The notes beneath the pieces are model-generated. The model was not told the origin of the DNA and ran no database searches. It was given only the letters and a program-made list of their open reading frames with translations. A DNA stretch of 64,000 nt from Camelus dromedarius (taxonomy: Eukaryota), in contig NC_087438.1 in assembly GCF_036321535.1 (NCBI RefSeq), positions 12,836,001 to 12,900,000 on the forward strand, written 5' to 3'. The position numbers and the translations under genes are program-made. Shown in pieces: positions 1-13,390 of this stretch; position 1 is the first letter of the stretch, and each line of letters starts with the position of its first letter.

Positions 1-175
1 GATGTAAAACTGTGTAAGACAGTCAGGAGGAGTCTCCCTAGCAGGTGGTATTGAAAATGGGTTTGAAGGGGCTGAAGGAGTTAAGCAAGTGAATGTTAAG
101 GAAGAGCGTCTAGGCAGTGAGAAGAGATAGAGTCAATGACCCAAGGCTAAAGCATCCCATTGTCTTTAAGGAATA
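1..175. mobile_element. Degenerate L2-like fragment
   Basis: Purine-rich sequence resembling antisense L2 3' region; recalled similarity only. Confidence 0.35.
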
Positions 176-783
176 ACAAACCTTTGTCTCTTGACTGACC
201 TGAGCACTTCTGTGGGAGCTGGTGCTACCTCCATCCACAGTAACTCTCCTTCACCTCTGATGTGGGTAAAATGCACCTAAGACCCAGTGGCAGTGGGGTC
301 TTAGCGCCTATGCTTGACCCTAGCTGAGGGTCTCACTTTTGCTTTTCTTTTAATCTTTAATTCACATCATCTAATCCATTCTCTGTATCAGTGGTCTCCA
401 CATTAGAGACGGTGCATTTAAAGCTATTGAAAAATATTAAAAGTTCTTTTTGTATTTATTTGTTATTTTTACATTTGAATTTTTTGGTTTTTACCAGTTT
501 TATGCATAGTGTCATAGAACTTAACAAGGTTCACAAAGTTCATCCACATTTTCCACTCCTCGGAAGCAACTACATTTACATTTTTAGTTTTCTATCTTGG
601 TACTTATCAACTTTTTGCCAGAAGAGAGAAAGGAGCTCTTAGGAATCCTACTGTTCCTTAAAAAATATTTTAAAACATCCCCTCTGGTTTTAGTCCCTTT
701 TTTTCCCCTTACTTCTATAATCTCCTGGTGCTTCAAAATTCTTAGCTTTTTAAAAATTTTTTCAGTATAAATAAGGATTTTTT

Positions 784-3700
784 TAACATTTTTAATTGAT
801 TTATAATCATTTTACAATGTTGTGTCAAATTCCAGTGTTCAGCACAATTTTTCAGTTATTCATGGACATATACACACTCATTGTCACATTTTTTTCTCTG
901 TGAGTTATCATAACATTTTGTGTATATTTCCCTGTGCTATACAGTGTAGTCTATTCTACAATTTTGAAATCCCAGTCTATCCCTTCCCACCCTCCACCCC
1001 CCTGGTAACCACAAGTCTGTATTCTCTGTCTGTGAGTCTATTTCTGTCCTTTATTTACACTTTGTTTTTGTTTGTTTGTTTGTTTTTGTTTTTGTTTTTT
1101 AGATTCCACATATGAGCGATCTCATATGGTATTTTTCTTTCTCTTTCTGGCTTACTTCACTTAGAATGACATTCTCCAGGAGCATCCATGTTGCTGCAAA
1201 TGGCATTATGTTGTCGGTTTTTATGGCTGAGTAGTATTCCATTGTATAAATATACCACATCTTCTTTATCCAGTCACCTGTTGATGGACATTTAGGCTGT
1301 TTCCATGTTTTGGCTATTGTAAATAGTGCTCCTATGAACATTGGGGTGCAGGTGTCATCCTGAAGTAGATTTCCTTCTGGATACAAGCCCAGGAGTGGGA
1401 TTCCTGGGTCATATGGTAAGTCTATTCCTAGTCTTTTGAGGAATCTCCACACTGTTTTCCATAGTGGCTGCACCAAACTGCATTCCCACCAGCAGTGTAG
1501 GAGGGTTCCCCTTTCTCCACAGCCTCTCCAGCATTTGTCATTTGTGGATTTTTGAATGACGGCCATTCTAACTGGTGTGAGGTGATACCTCATTGTAGTT
1601 TTGATTTGCATTTCTCTGGTAATTAGTGATATTGAGCATTTTTTCATGTACTTTTTGATCATTTGTATGTCTTCCTTGGAGAATTGCTTGTTTAGGTCTT
1701 CTTCCCATTTTTGGATTGGGTTGTTTATTTTTTTCTTACTGAGTCGTATGAGCTGCTTATATATTCTGGAGATCAAGCCTTTGTCGGTTTCACTTGCAAA
1801 AATTTTCTCCCATTCCGTAGGTTTTCTTCTTGTTTTATTTCTGGTTTCCTTTGCTGTGCAGAAGCTTGTAAGTTTCATTAGGTCCCATTTGTTTATTCTT
1901 GCTTTTATTTCTTCTAGGAGAAAATTTTTTAAATGTATGTCAGATAATGTTTTGCCTATGTTTTCCTCTAGGAGGTTTATTGTATCTTGTCTTATGTTTA
2001 AGTCTTTAATCCATTTTGAGTTGATTTTTGTATATGGTGTAAGGGAGTGTTCTAGCTTCATTGTTTTACATGCTGCTGTCCAGTTTTCCCAACACCATTT
2101 GCTGAAGAGACTGTCTTTATTCCAATGTATATTCTTGCCTCCTTTGTCAAAGATGAGTTGACCAAAAGTTTGTGGGTTCATTTCTGGGCTCTCTATTTTG
2201 TTCCATTGGTCTATATGTCTGTTTTGGTACCAATACCATGCTGTCTTGATGACTGTAGCTCTATAGTATTGTCTGAAGTCTGGGAGAGTTATTCCTCCAG
2301 CCTCTTTCTTTCTCTTCAGTAATGCTTTGGCAATTCTAGGTCTTTGATGGTTCCATATGAATTTTATTATGATTTTTTTCTAGTTCTGTGAAATATGTCC
2401 TGGGTAATTGGATAGGGATTGCATTAAATCTGTAGATTGCCTTGGGCAGTGTGACCATTTTAACAATATTGATTCTTCCAATCCAAGAGCATGGAATATC
2501 TTTCCATTTTTTAAAGTCTTCTTTAATTTCCTTCATCAGTGGTTTATAGTTTTCTGTGTATAATTCTTTCACCTCCTTGGTTAGATTTATTCCCAGATAT
2601 TTTATTACTTTGGGTGCTATTTTAAAGGGGATTGTTTCTTTACTTTCTTCTTCTGTTGATTTATCGTTAGTGTAAAGAAATGCAACTGATTTTTGAACGT
2701 TAATTTTGTAACCTGCTACCTTGCTGAATTCTTCAATCAGCTCTAGTAGCTTTTGTGTGGACCTTTTAGGGTTTTCTATATATAGTAACATGTCATCAGC
2801 GTATAATGATACTTTTACCTTGTCTTTTCCAATTTGGATCCCTTTTATTTCTTTCTCTTGCCTGACTGCTGTGGCTAGGACTTCCAGGACTATGTTGAAT
2901 AGGAGTGGTGATAGTGGGCATCCTTGTCTTGTCCCAGATTTTAGTGGGAAGCTTTTGAGTTTTTCACTGTTGAGTACTATGCTGGCTGTAGGTTTGTCAT
3001 ATATAGCTTTTATTATGTTGAGATATGTTCCCTCTATACCCACTTTGGCGAGAGTTTTTATCATAAATGGGTGTTGAATTTTATCAAATGCTTTTTCTGC
3101 ATCGATTGAGATGATCATGTGGTTTTTGTCCTTTGTCTTATTGATGTGATGTATTACACTGATTGATTTGCGTATGTTGAACCAGCCTTGTGTCCCTGGG
3201 ATGAACCCCACTTGGTCGTGATGTATAATTTTTTTTATGTGTTGTTGGATTCTATTTGCTAAAATTTTGGTGAGGATTTTGGCATCTATGTTCATCAGTG
3301 ATATTGGCCTATAATTCTCTTTTTTTGTAGTGTCTTTGCCTGGTTTTGGTATCAGGGTGATGATGGCTTCATAGAATGAGTTTGGGAGTATTCCCTCCTT
3401 TTCAATCATCTGGAAGAGTTTGAGAAGGACTGGTATGAGTTCTTCTTTGTATGTTTGGTAAAATTCCCCGGTGAAGCCGCCCGGTCCTGGACTTTTATTT
3501 GTAGGGAGGTTTTTAATTGCTATTTCTATTTCCTTTCTAGTGATCAGATTGTTCAAGTGTTCAGATTCTTCTTGATTCAGTTTTGGTGGACAGTATGTTT
3601 CCAGAAACTTGTCCATCTCCTCTAGGTTATCCAGTTTGGTTCCATATAGTTTTTCATAATATTCTCGTATGATATTCTGTATTTCTATTTTGTTTGTTGT

Positions 3701-4807
3701 AATTTCTCCGTTTTCCTTTCTTATTTTGCTAATTTGTGCTCTCTCTTTTTTCTTCTTTGTGAGTTTGGCCAGAGGTTTGTCGATTTTATTTACTTTTTCA
3801 AAAAACCAGCTTTTGGTTTGGTTGATTTTTTCTATGGTCTTGTTAATCTCTATTGTATTTAATTCCTCTCTGATCTTTATTATTTCCTTCCTTCTGCTGC
3901 TTTTTGGGGCTTTTTGTTCTTCTTTTTCTAATTCATTCAGGTGGTGGGTTAAATTGTTTATTTGAGATTGTTCTTCTTTTTTGAGGAAGGCCTGTATCGC
4001 TATAAACTTCCCTCTTAGCACTGCCTTTGCTGTGTCCCATAGGTTTTGAGTGGTTGTGCTTTCATTATCATTTGTCTCAAGGTATTTTTTAATTTCAGCT
4101 TTGATTTCCTCATTGATCCATTGTTTTTTCAATAACATATTGTTTAATCTCCATGCTTTCCTTTTTTTCTCCTTTGTTTCTCTGTTGTTGATTTCCAGTT
4201 TCATGGCATTGTGGTCAGTAAAGATGCTTGAGATAATTTCTATCTTCTTAAAACTGTGGAGGTTTCTTTTGTGCCCAAGTACATGATCGATCCTGGAAAA
4301 TGTTCCATGTGTACTTGAAAAGAATGTATATCCTATTTTTGGGGGGTGTAATGCTCTGAAAATATCCACCAAATCTAGTTTTTCTATTGTAGTATTTAAT
4401 TTCTCTGTTGCCTTGTTTATTTTCTGTCTGGAAGATCTGTCTAGTGATGTTAATGCAGTGTTAAAGTCTCCAACTATGATTGTATTCCCATCAATATCCC
4501 CCTTTATCTCTGTTAGTAATTCTTGTATGTACTTAGGTGCTCTTATATTGGGTGCATATATATTAACGAGTGTAATATCCTCATCTTGTATCACTCCTTT
4601 AATCATTATAAAATGTCCTTCTTTATCTTTCTTTATGGCCTTTGTTTTAAAGTCTATTTTGTCTGAAATCAGTACTGCAACACCTGCTTTTTTGGCTTTT
4701 CCATTTGCATGGAATATCCTTTTCCATCCTTTCACTCTCAATCTATATGTGTCCTTCTCCCTAAAGTGGGTCTCTTGTATGCAGCATATTGAAGGTTCTT
4801 GCTTTAT
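784..4807 (-). mobile_element. Young 5'-truncated LINE-1 (about 4.0 kb; ORF2 from about codon 30 through the 3'UTR)
   Basis: Translations show L1 ORF2 motifs: endonuclease (CCIQETH, NIYAPN, GDFN, RIDH, TDH), reverse transcriptase (QGCPLSP, YADD) and the C-terminal CCHC motif ([18 protein letters not shown]). A perfect 16-bp TSD, taaataaggatttttt, lies at 768-783 and 4808-4823. The minus-strand target reads TT/AAAA. Confidence 0.97.
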
Positions 4808-4837
4808 TAAATAAGGATTTTTTAATTGACTTTTCAT
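1099..4837 (-). pseudogene. L1 ORF2p (endonuclease/reverse transcriptase), N-terminally truncated, with one frameshift at the T7 run 2373-2379
   Basis: ORFs 2336-4837 (833 aa) and 1099-2181 (360 aa) join into one frame if one base is removed from the homopolymer ([36 protein letters not shown]...SPEMNPQTF). Confidence 0.93.
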
Positions 4838-6421
4838 ACTGATAACTTATTTAAGCCATACGTCTGGTCTTTGTACTTTTCAGTTTTCAATATTTTACTG
4901 CTGTGGTTTCCTCTCTAATCATCTTTGTGGCTTTTAGACTTATATTTTAAGGCTTTTAAAATTATAATATTTTTAATGTTTTTTGTTGGAGTTTGGGCTA
5001 AAGCTAAAGTAGATATGTTTGTTAAATGTGATTACTTTACCTGGAAGTATTTTACAGGATTAAGCGTACTAACATTTATGGTGTATAGTGATATAACTTA
5101 GACTTGAAAGCACATACATTTGATAGGTCAGTGGCACGAGACTAATTTTGGAGATCAGTATTCACACTGGCCAGAGTGTTCTTTTCTAATTTAATTGAAA
5201 ATTGTCTCAGATCCTCCAGAGCTTCCTGGTTTTCATTTGAAGCATTCATTCCTACATATTTAAGAGCAGACACAACATCTTTCTTATGAGAAGCAGTTAT
5301 ATAACTTCAGTGGATGAGCATCAAAGAGGTGGGACATCTTTCCATTTAAATCACTGGAAAATTGATCAATTCAAGATATCAAACTCTCAGATGCTCTTTT
5401 GCAGTGAAAAATAAACAATTCTAATGACTTGGCTTTAGAGATGAGAAAAGATCAAGTGAAAGACTGATTTTTACACCCGTTCTCAAGCGTAGAAGCCTTA
5501 TGATGCAGCAGTAATTTCACAGATTTGCCGTCTAACTGCAGCAGAATGCTTTCTGGGACAATAGGTTGCCACCAACAGTCTCATGGAAACTGTGTGCTTA
5601 GAAAGAGCTCACAAAACAACGAGGTTTATGTATGGGAATCAGACTAATTTTTATTCTTGACAGCCTTTAGATTAAATCTTAAATTGGATAATTGAGATTT
5701 CTATTTGCTTTATCCCCACATAGGGTTTTACTATTTGATTTTCCGTACATTATTGGTAATAGGCTTTATCCTTGATTGTCTGAAAAGCTTGGATTTCTTT
5801 TCCTTTCAGGAAACAGATGGAGGGTTTTCTTTGGAGCTAAACTTTATGTGTTGCAAAATGAAGATTTTTCATTTAAAAGCTTTCCTTTAAGTTCTGTAAT
5901 TGAGTAAGTGAAGCAAGATCAAATAAATCTTGATCTTGGTCACATCCTGTACCTTTTCATCCTATATTCACATTAAGATGTAATGATATTTGAAATGTTC
6001 TCTTTCTCAAACCACCAATTATTATTTAAATTCATTTCACCAGGGAAGAAGCTTTAACCTGGCAAAGGCAGAAAATAAAAGAGCCCAGAGCGCAGTGAGA
6101 GACACTGCACTGCATACTTCAGGAAGGGCCCAATAGAGCTTTAAAAATTAAAATATCATGACTGCAATTTTGTTGAGACTGCTCTTTCTTCCATTCGATC
6201 TTCCTGTCTGTAAAACTTCCCCTCAGGCACTGTGGTTCAGGTGGCACATTTAGGACTCAGCTAAGACAAGGAAGAGATGGGGAGACCGCTGGTTTTATTC
6301 AGTGGGCTGTACCTGAGGGGTTTATGGTCACATTCCTGTGGAGTTCAGTTACTCTTACTATTTCCTTTACACACAACACTGGAAATAGTTAGGCTGTAAA
6401 GTAGAAACACACCTTGAAATA

Positions 6422-6800
6422 TGTTGTAGACTGAGAGTTTGTGCCCCCTCCAATTCATTTATTGAAGCCCTACCAAATGCGACGGTATTTAGAGTTAGGG
6501 CTTTTGGGAAATCATTCAATTTAGAAGAGTCATGAGGGTTGGTACCTGAAGATAGGATTAGTGTTCTTATAAGAAAAAGAAGAGAGACTAGAGCTTTCTC
6601 TCTGTCTCTCTCTCTCGCTATGTGAAAATACTCTGAGAAGGTGGCTGTCTGCAAGCCAGGAAGAGGGCTCTCACCAAGAACCCAGCCATGCTGGCACCTT
6701 GGTTTTGGCCTTCTCACTCTCCACAACTGTGAGAAATCTCTGTTGTTCTAACCAGCCAGTCTCTGGCATTTTGTTACAGCAGCCCGATTAGACTAAGAGA
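6422..6800 (+). mobile_element. MaLR solo LTR (MLT1A/B-like)
   Basis: Begins tgttgtagactga, contains gaaggtggctgtctgcaagccaggaagagggctctcacc and cagccatgctggcaccttg, and ends tgttacagcagccc...actaagaga. Confidence 0.85.
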
Positions 6801-7610
6801 AAAATGCACAGAATCAGAAACAAATCATTGGAAAATGTCCTTGATCATCGGATGTGTAAATGTAAGGGCAAGATCTAGTTCTCACTGAAGTAACTGTTTT
6901 GAAAAGTGGACTAGATAATGCAGCAAATGTAATTGTAAACACACTAACTTTTCTTTTTGATGAGGAACCTTCAATAAGCATTTTATGAGAATTCTCATGT
7001 TTTTAGGAAACAAACATGTGCTGCACTACAAATAGCACAACTGCCCATGTACAGAGTTTTGTCCTGGCTGAGGTTTGACAGTTCAGTGTTAAACTGCATA
7101 CAAAATTGCCACCGACATCACAATATGTCCTAAGAAATCAAGTATTCCTATCTATTTCATCAATAAGTCAGCACATCCTTGGTTACACACTTACGTAGCT
7201 CAACCTCAAACAGGGACAACTCAATCTGAGAGCACTGTTGAAGAATGATTTTTGAAAGAAATTTAAAATGATGACTTTCGTACAGGTACAAAAACAAACG
7301 TGATAAGGATTTCATTTAACTCATTTAGGAAACTGGGAAGATGTTAAACAGCTCAAAGGAAAATCCAAGGACTGTGTATACATGTATACATATGTTTGCA
7401 TCAGGAATATTGAAATGAATGAAATGAATGTAACATTTGGAGATAAAACTAGCTTCGTCTACAGTAGGGGAGAGAAATGGATTGAACCTATACTTTCATA
7501 TTTACAGACAAGAATTATCATGTATTTCTATCAACTATCTACAGTTTACAGAGTGGTGAAGTACCTCCCAAAAAATCAGAATAAGATAATCCAGAAAGGT
7601 GTACTTTAGG

Positions 7611-7816
7611 CAAGAGGTGGGCAAAGTGTTCTGTTAAGAGCTAAATAGGAAATATTTTAGACTGCGTGTGCTGAGTACTCAAGTCAGCCATTGTGGAGCT
7701 GAAGTGGCCACAGACAACGTGAAACACATAGGTATGACTGTGTTCCAATGAAATCTTATTTACAGAAGCTGATGCTGAGCTGAATTTGGCCAGAGGGCTG
7801 GGTTTGCCACCTCCTG
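7611..7816 (-). mobile_element. MER58A-like hAT-Charlie non-autonomous DNA transposon
   Basis: Degenerate terminal inverted repeats (caagaggtgggcaaa ... tttgccacctcctg) and the internal tgtgttccaatgaaatcttatttaca motif. Confidence 0.8.
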
Positions 7817-8829
7817 CTCAAGACAGTACACTGTTGTCCATGGAAGCACATCTCTTCCTCTACACTGCTTTAATACAAGTTCAAGGCTTGAGAATTCGTG
7901 ACTACACAAATAATTTGAAGCTAGATTGCAAATTTGGGAGATGGCTACTGTATGCAATTACTCTGAAATCTAACCTTTTGAATCTGTGCTTCAAGGAAGG
8001 GGGTTACTTGGAACTCCCACTTGAACATTTCAAAACTCAGGTAGCCCCTGGACTTTGATATTTTTCCCTTTGTCCTGAATTGTCATTCAAACCCATTTAT
8101 GTCACAGGGCTTTCCTCCCATAATTAAGAATCAGCCTCAGGGGGAAGAAAAGTTTTGAGTTCTGACCTTGTCTATACTCTTTTTTCCTTCCAGGTTTTGG
8201 CATGGTTAATATTTACCTAATGGTTGCTACTTTTAGGACACTTTTTTTACAAACATATTTAATCCTTATTTTTCACTATCATTATTTGAACGTAGGTCTG
8301 AATTGTTGAGTTGACATTTGTATTCACAGAAGTCCCATTTTTAATGTTGTTTTAAATGATGTTTTAAATATCTTTAGTATCCATTTTAGTATTGCACAAA
8401 ATAACCTTCATTGAATGTTCTTTGGGCTTTCCAGTTTCACTAATAACAATAAAACATATTATTTGCTCACTCCACATCTATTCTGAGCCATTTCGAGTGA
8501 TTTTAGGAGACTTAAAATTAAGATCCTTCCTTTCATAAGAAATGGAAAAGCATTATTCAAAATATTTTAGTACTGGTTTCATAGATGATGGAGTATCTTC
8601 AGATTTTTAATACATATTTTGATTTACCAATATTGGATAATTTTTAAGAAATGATTCTACTCTATAAAATAAATTTTAATGTGTGTTTCTGACTATGATT
8701 ATTTTTGAAAAAATCATTGTATTCTATACCACAAATTATAATCTTTTCTTCTTACTAAACACTCTATAAGTAAAAAAAAAAGAAGCAATATTATGAGAAC
8801 ACATTTATGACAGAAGTAATAAAGTCTGT

Positions 8830-9995
8830 TTTAAATATGCAAATATGCAAAAAGATTTATATCATAAAAGGATAAGCTTATATGTTTAAATACATTAAAT
8901 TTTAAAAAATGATCTCTATAATTGAAGAAACATTACACAAAATTAAAAAAATAAGACAAAGTCTAGGAGAAGACATTGGTAATTTATGCCATGTTAATTG
9001 ATATGAACCCAGAATCTAAAATGAATGGCAAATAATTAAGAAAGTGTAACCAATGCAATAGGAAAATTGGCAATAGTATTAATTCATTGAAGCTGAAATC
9101 CCCAGGGGCAATAAACTGTAATAGTCAATAAACAAATGAAGAATCGCACAATCTCTTTACATGCTATCAAGGGAAATAAAATTAAAACACAATGAAAAAT
9201 AACTTCATATGCTTAAAAATAGCAGAAGGCAACACCTCTTCTGTTCACTGCTCATTGGCCAGAACTAGTCACGTGGTCCCACCTAAACCTATGTGTGGCA
9301 GAAGTGACTGGAAAGCAGAGAGGTGGATGTATTTGGTGACTATCAACACCATCCATAATAATTTGATAATGTTCATTGAAGGTGAAGTTGTGTACAACCC
9401 ATAGCTTGGCATTTTCATTTCTAAGAATCCAATGGAGATATTTTTACAGATGTACAAAAGGAGATGCATACAAAAAAGTTCTTAGAAGCATTGCGTGCAA
9501 TAAAGAAAAATGTCTATTGAAGGCAAAAGAGAGAGAGTTATTTTGGCATATTCATACAATGGAATGTTTTAGAGCTATTAGAATGAGTGTTCCAGGTCCA
9601 TACATCAACCTGGATAATTCTTAAAAACACATAATGAATAAGAAAAAAATAAACTAGCCACATAGTGTTGTATAAAATGATCTTTTGTATGAGAACTTGT
9701 ATAATACTGAAAGTAATACTATATATTGTTCTAGGATAGCTATCAATGGCTACAAGCCAAGAACACAGGAACAGAAAGTATGTTTGATATATTTAGGAAG
9801 ATGAGTCATCTATGCAGAGAGAGGGAATGGGTTGGATACCATAGTGGGGTACAAAGGAGGCATTAATTCCTTAATGGTCCTCTGAAGTGTAAATTTAAAT
9901 CAGACAAGGCAAAATATTCAGTATGGATGGCACATATACGGTCATTTAGAATAATACTTTCTAAATTATTTGTTTGACATTTTCTAATTAAAAAA
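8830..9995 (+). mobile_element. Ancient L1 (L1ME-like) 3' remnant with an embedded MLT1-like fragment at about 9230-9350
   Basis: Decayed ORF2 3'/3'UTR motifs (catattcatacaatggaatgttttagagctatt); MLT1-type ctcattggccagaactagtcacgtggtcccaccta. Confidence 0.6.
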
Positions 9996-12694
9996 TAAAG
10001 TAAAGGGATGGAATGAGTGGTGGGGTGAGGCTGAAGTGTCTGGCCTCAGAAAGCTCTTCTAAATCATGCATGCATAGTTGAAACCTGACTTTGACTCATA
10101 ATCATATTTCATAATGATAAGATTAAAGTTTTAAGTTACCATTAAGTAAAATTGATGCTCAGGAAGATGGGATATTTTCCTGTTTCCTACAGCTTCTCCA
10201 GTCACTCGAGATTGCAGTTAATTTGGTTTGACCTTGTGCTTGGACCCACAAAGATCTTCCTTCCTCTGAACTCTTGTGATCTTTCCTGTAAAAAGCACCT
10301 GTTTTGACAATTCTCACTGCCTTATACAATTACTTTGAACAATTTTGTGCATGTTATTTGGGTCCATCCTGAGAATGCAAGCATCTAGAGGTCTGTAGGA
10401 ATGCCCCATCATGCTTACATAAGTGCCTGCCATGGTGCTAAATTTATGAATGAATTCCCTCAACATACTTGATGGCATTCAGAAGTTTTATGTAATTATC
10501 ATGCTCGTTGGTAGAATGATTATAACAAGTGGTGTGTGTGTGTTTGTGTGTGTGCACGTGTGCACACACACACTTGGTGGAGTTGAGGCAAGGGCAGAAA
10601 TATTTCGATGTAGGTTCATTTGCTCTCTTAAGTTGGAATGGTGGGAACACCTAACAAATGATTACGTATGTGTGTCTTGTAGACATATCTACTGTAATAC
10701 AGTACATGTGTTCCTAAAAAACCCCTCACGTTCTGTAGAATCATCAGCTTAAAATTAAAGGGACTCACACCAAAAACAGGGTCAAACTTAGGGCATTAAA
10801 CCACAGGCAGCTTTGAAAAAATAGTCTAAGAAAAAATACTCCTAATAAAAATACCAGTAAAGCCAATCAGAGATTAACTTTCTAAGGTATAAACAAGTAT
10901 TTCAATACATATTGGACTTAGAACAAACTAAATACAGCAACAGCTTGATGGAAAGGTTGAGATCGCTGAGTTTTGGAAAAACAGGTAGACTGCACAGAGA
11001 TGCCTCAGCCTTTCCAAGACAGCTAAAGGTTCAGCTGAGTCCAAGAAAAGAGCGTAGGGTGGATGGGTATCACATAGAGTACTAGATTTTTCCATGGCTG
11101 GCTGTGTTCAGTGGTGGTAGCAATGTTTTAAGTTTAGTTGACATTCCATGAGAGTACAAAGCATGCTTACCTTGCTTAATTGATTTTATGTCCTTTGTTA
11201 TCAAAGTATTTTAAGACTTTCTAGTGGCTATGTTCTTTTTTTTTTTTTTTTCTTAAGCTCTGATGCTTTTAGTTTCTTCCATATCTGAACTTTCAGGAAT
11301 TCCATTTATATATAATGCCAAGTGAAGCATGGTGAATCACTCTATGTGCTTTCTTATGGCTAATCAGAAGTTCATGTATTCTAACTCTTGTTTTGATAAA
11401 ATGAAAATTAGAATTCTACATATATTTATACATTTATATTTTTCTAGTAAAATAATGGATTTATAAATAATATCTATTTTAGATAGGGAAACAAGGTAAA
11501 TGCTATGTTACTAGTATATAATAAATTAAAAAAATGGATTGTAATATAGCTTGATAAATATATTTATCTTTCTATTTAATATTAAATTGTGTTTCTGATT
11601 GCTTTCTTAGCAAAAAGTTATGATTCATTGAGATTCATCAAATAAATTTTATCCAAAGCTCCTAGGCTTACAAGATAATGGACTTATACTAGTATGGTGA
11701 TTGATGATTGATTCTAGTCATTGAATGTCTTTCCCCAAAGTTACCCTGGAGAGACTCATCTTTAGACAATAGTCAGCCATAGCTTTAAGAGATTTTCACT
11801 TTATAATTTGGGTTGCTCCACTGAGGAGCCTGAGATATTGAACTGATTACAGGTAAATTACCTTTGTGTCATTTACTTCCTTGACTATGTGGGTGGGTAG
11901 TGCAAACAGTGAATTCTATTTTGAATTAGATAATTCTTACTTAGTCAAACACTGTATTAAGTCTTTTGAAATATTCTTTACTAAAAGTATTCCTTAGAAC
12001 TATAACCAGATGTTTAAAAATAGAAATGAATATATTCAGGCTGAGAATGCTACTCAGCTATGTTTAAATACAATAATTCATTTTTAAGTAAGATTTTTGT
12101 ATGATTTCTGTGATCAAATAGCCATTTAACAAAATTAGCATCATGTATTTTTTGGCTTCAGATTTTTTCATTCCTTATTTTCTTTGAGCATAGTTTTATG
12201 AATAATGTTACTCTAAAGTAAGCTAACTGAACTAAGAAGAATATAATTTTTCTGACCTGGTAACAAAATTTTCAAACTTTAGGATTTTAAGATTATTGCT
12301 ATATTTTCCAGTTTGACCATGAACAAGAATCCCCAAATCTTCTTTGAAATGATTATTGAGCTATTAAGAAGCATAAAATAAAATAATTTCTAAAATTGGA
12401 ATATGGTAATCATTTTCTTCCATTAAGAAAATGACAGTCAAAATATGTGTGTTCTGCCAATCTCCTTTTCTTGTTCAAAATTTTGGTATATAATGATTTT
12501 AAAAATATATTTTAAAGTATTTAAATAAAGATAAATTGGAAGACTTAAAATCAGTTCTCTTTATTTTGTGGTTAGTTGACTTAATTAAAATTAACTTTAT
12601 TTTCAGTGTTCAGATTTTAGTTTTGGAAAATATTTTTGAAAATTATTTTGGTTATTATCAATATTCAGAGATGATTTTTGCTACTTCTTCTTGC

Positions 12695-13390
12695 TATACT
12701 GGCTAAAACTGAATAGATTATAAATGTCAAGTGTTAAAGGGGATGTAGAGCAATTGGGACTCATACATTGATGTTTGGAATAAAGAATGGTACAACTAAT
12801 TGGAAGAGTATGATAGTGTTTTAGTAAATTTATGCATGTGCTTACTCTGTGACATAGCCATTTCACTACTGGGTACTTATCCAAGAAAAATAAAAACTTT
12901 TGGACACGAAAAGACATGCACTGTAATATTTTTATCAGCTTTGACCTATAATAGCCCACACACTGATCCCCAGGTGAATGGATTAACAAATTATGTTATA
13001 TGCATACCTGGAGTACTAGGCAGTAAAAGGAATGAACTATTGATACTCACAACAGTTTGCATGAATGTCAAAACATTACCTTGGACAAAAGAAGCAAAAA
13101 AAAATGGTATATAGTATATTCTGTATATTTCTACTTGTACGAACTTGCAGCATACACAAACTAAGGAATGGTGATAGAAATCAGAAATGTAGTTGCCTGG
13201 AGGAAGCAGGGAATAGACTAGAAAGGGACATGAAGAAACTTTCTGGATAATAGAATTGTTCTTAATTAGTGGCGCGCACATGTATGATTGCATTTGTCAA
13301 AATTCAATAAACTATATGCTTAAAATCAGTACACATTACTGTATATAAATTGAATTCAATAAAAGTAATGAAAAAATAAAAACAAAAAAA
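12695..13390 (+). mobile_element. Old L1 (L1MC/L1ME-like) 3' end
   Basis: ggatgtagagcaattgggactc...tggtacaac, tgacatagccatttcactactgggtacttatccaaga, terminal aataaa and an A-rich tail. Confidence 0.8.

Noticed and set aside
822..4814. Plus-strand ORFs (822-1115, 1601-2161, 2125-2322, 2721-3077, 3669-3965, 4050-4286, 4413-4814)
   Set aside because: Antisense shadows of the A-rich L1, giving low-complexity F/L/S/I-rich peptides.
5810..5903. Candidate 94-nt plus-strand exon (tttcctttcAG ... GTAAGT)
   Set aside because: No recognisable protein and no supporting neighbouring exons; such pairs arise by chance in AT-rich DNA.
5914..5938. 9-bp inverted repeat caagatcaa/ttgatcttg
   Set aside because: Too short and isolated to distinguish from chance.
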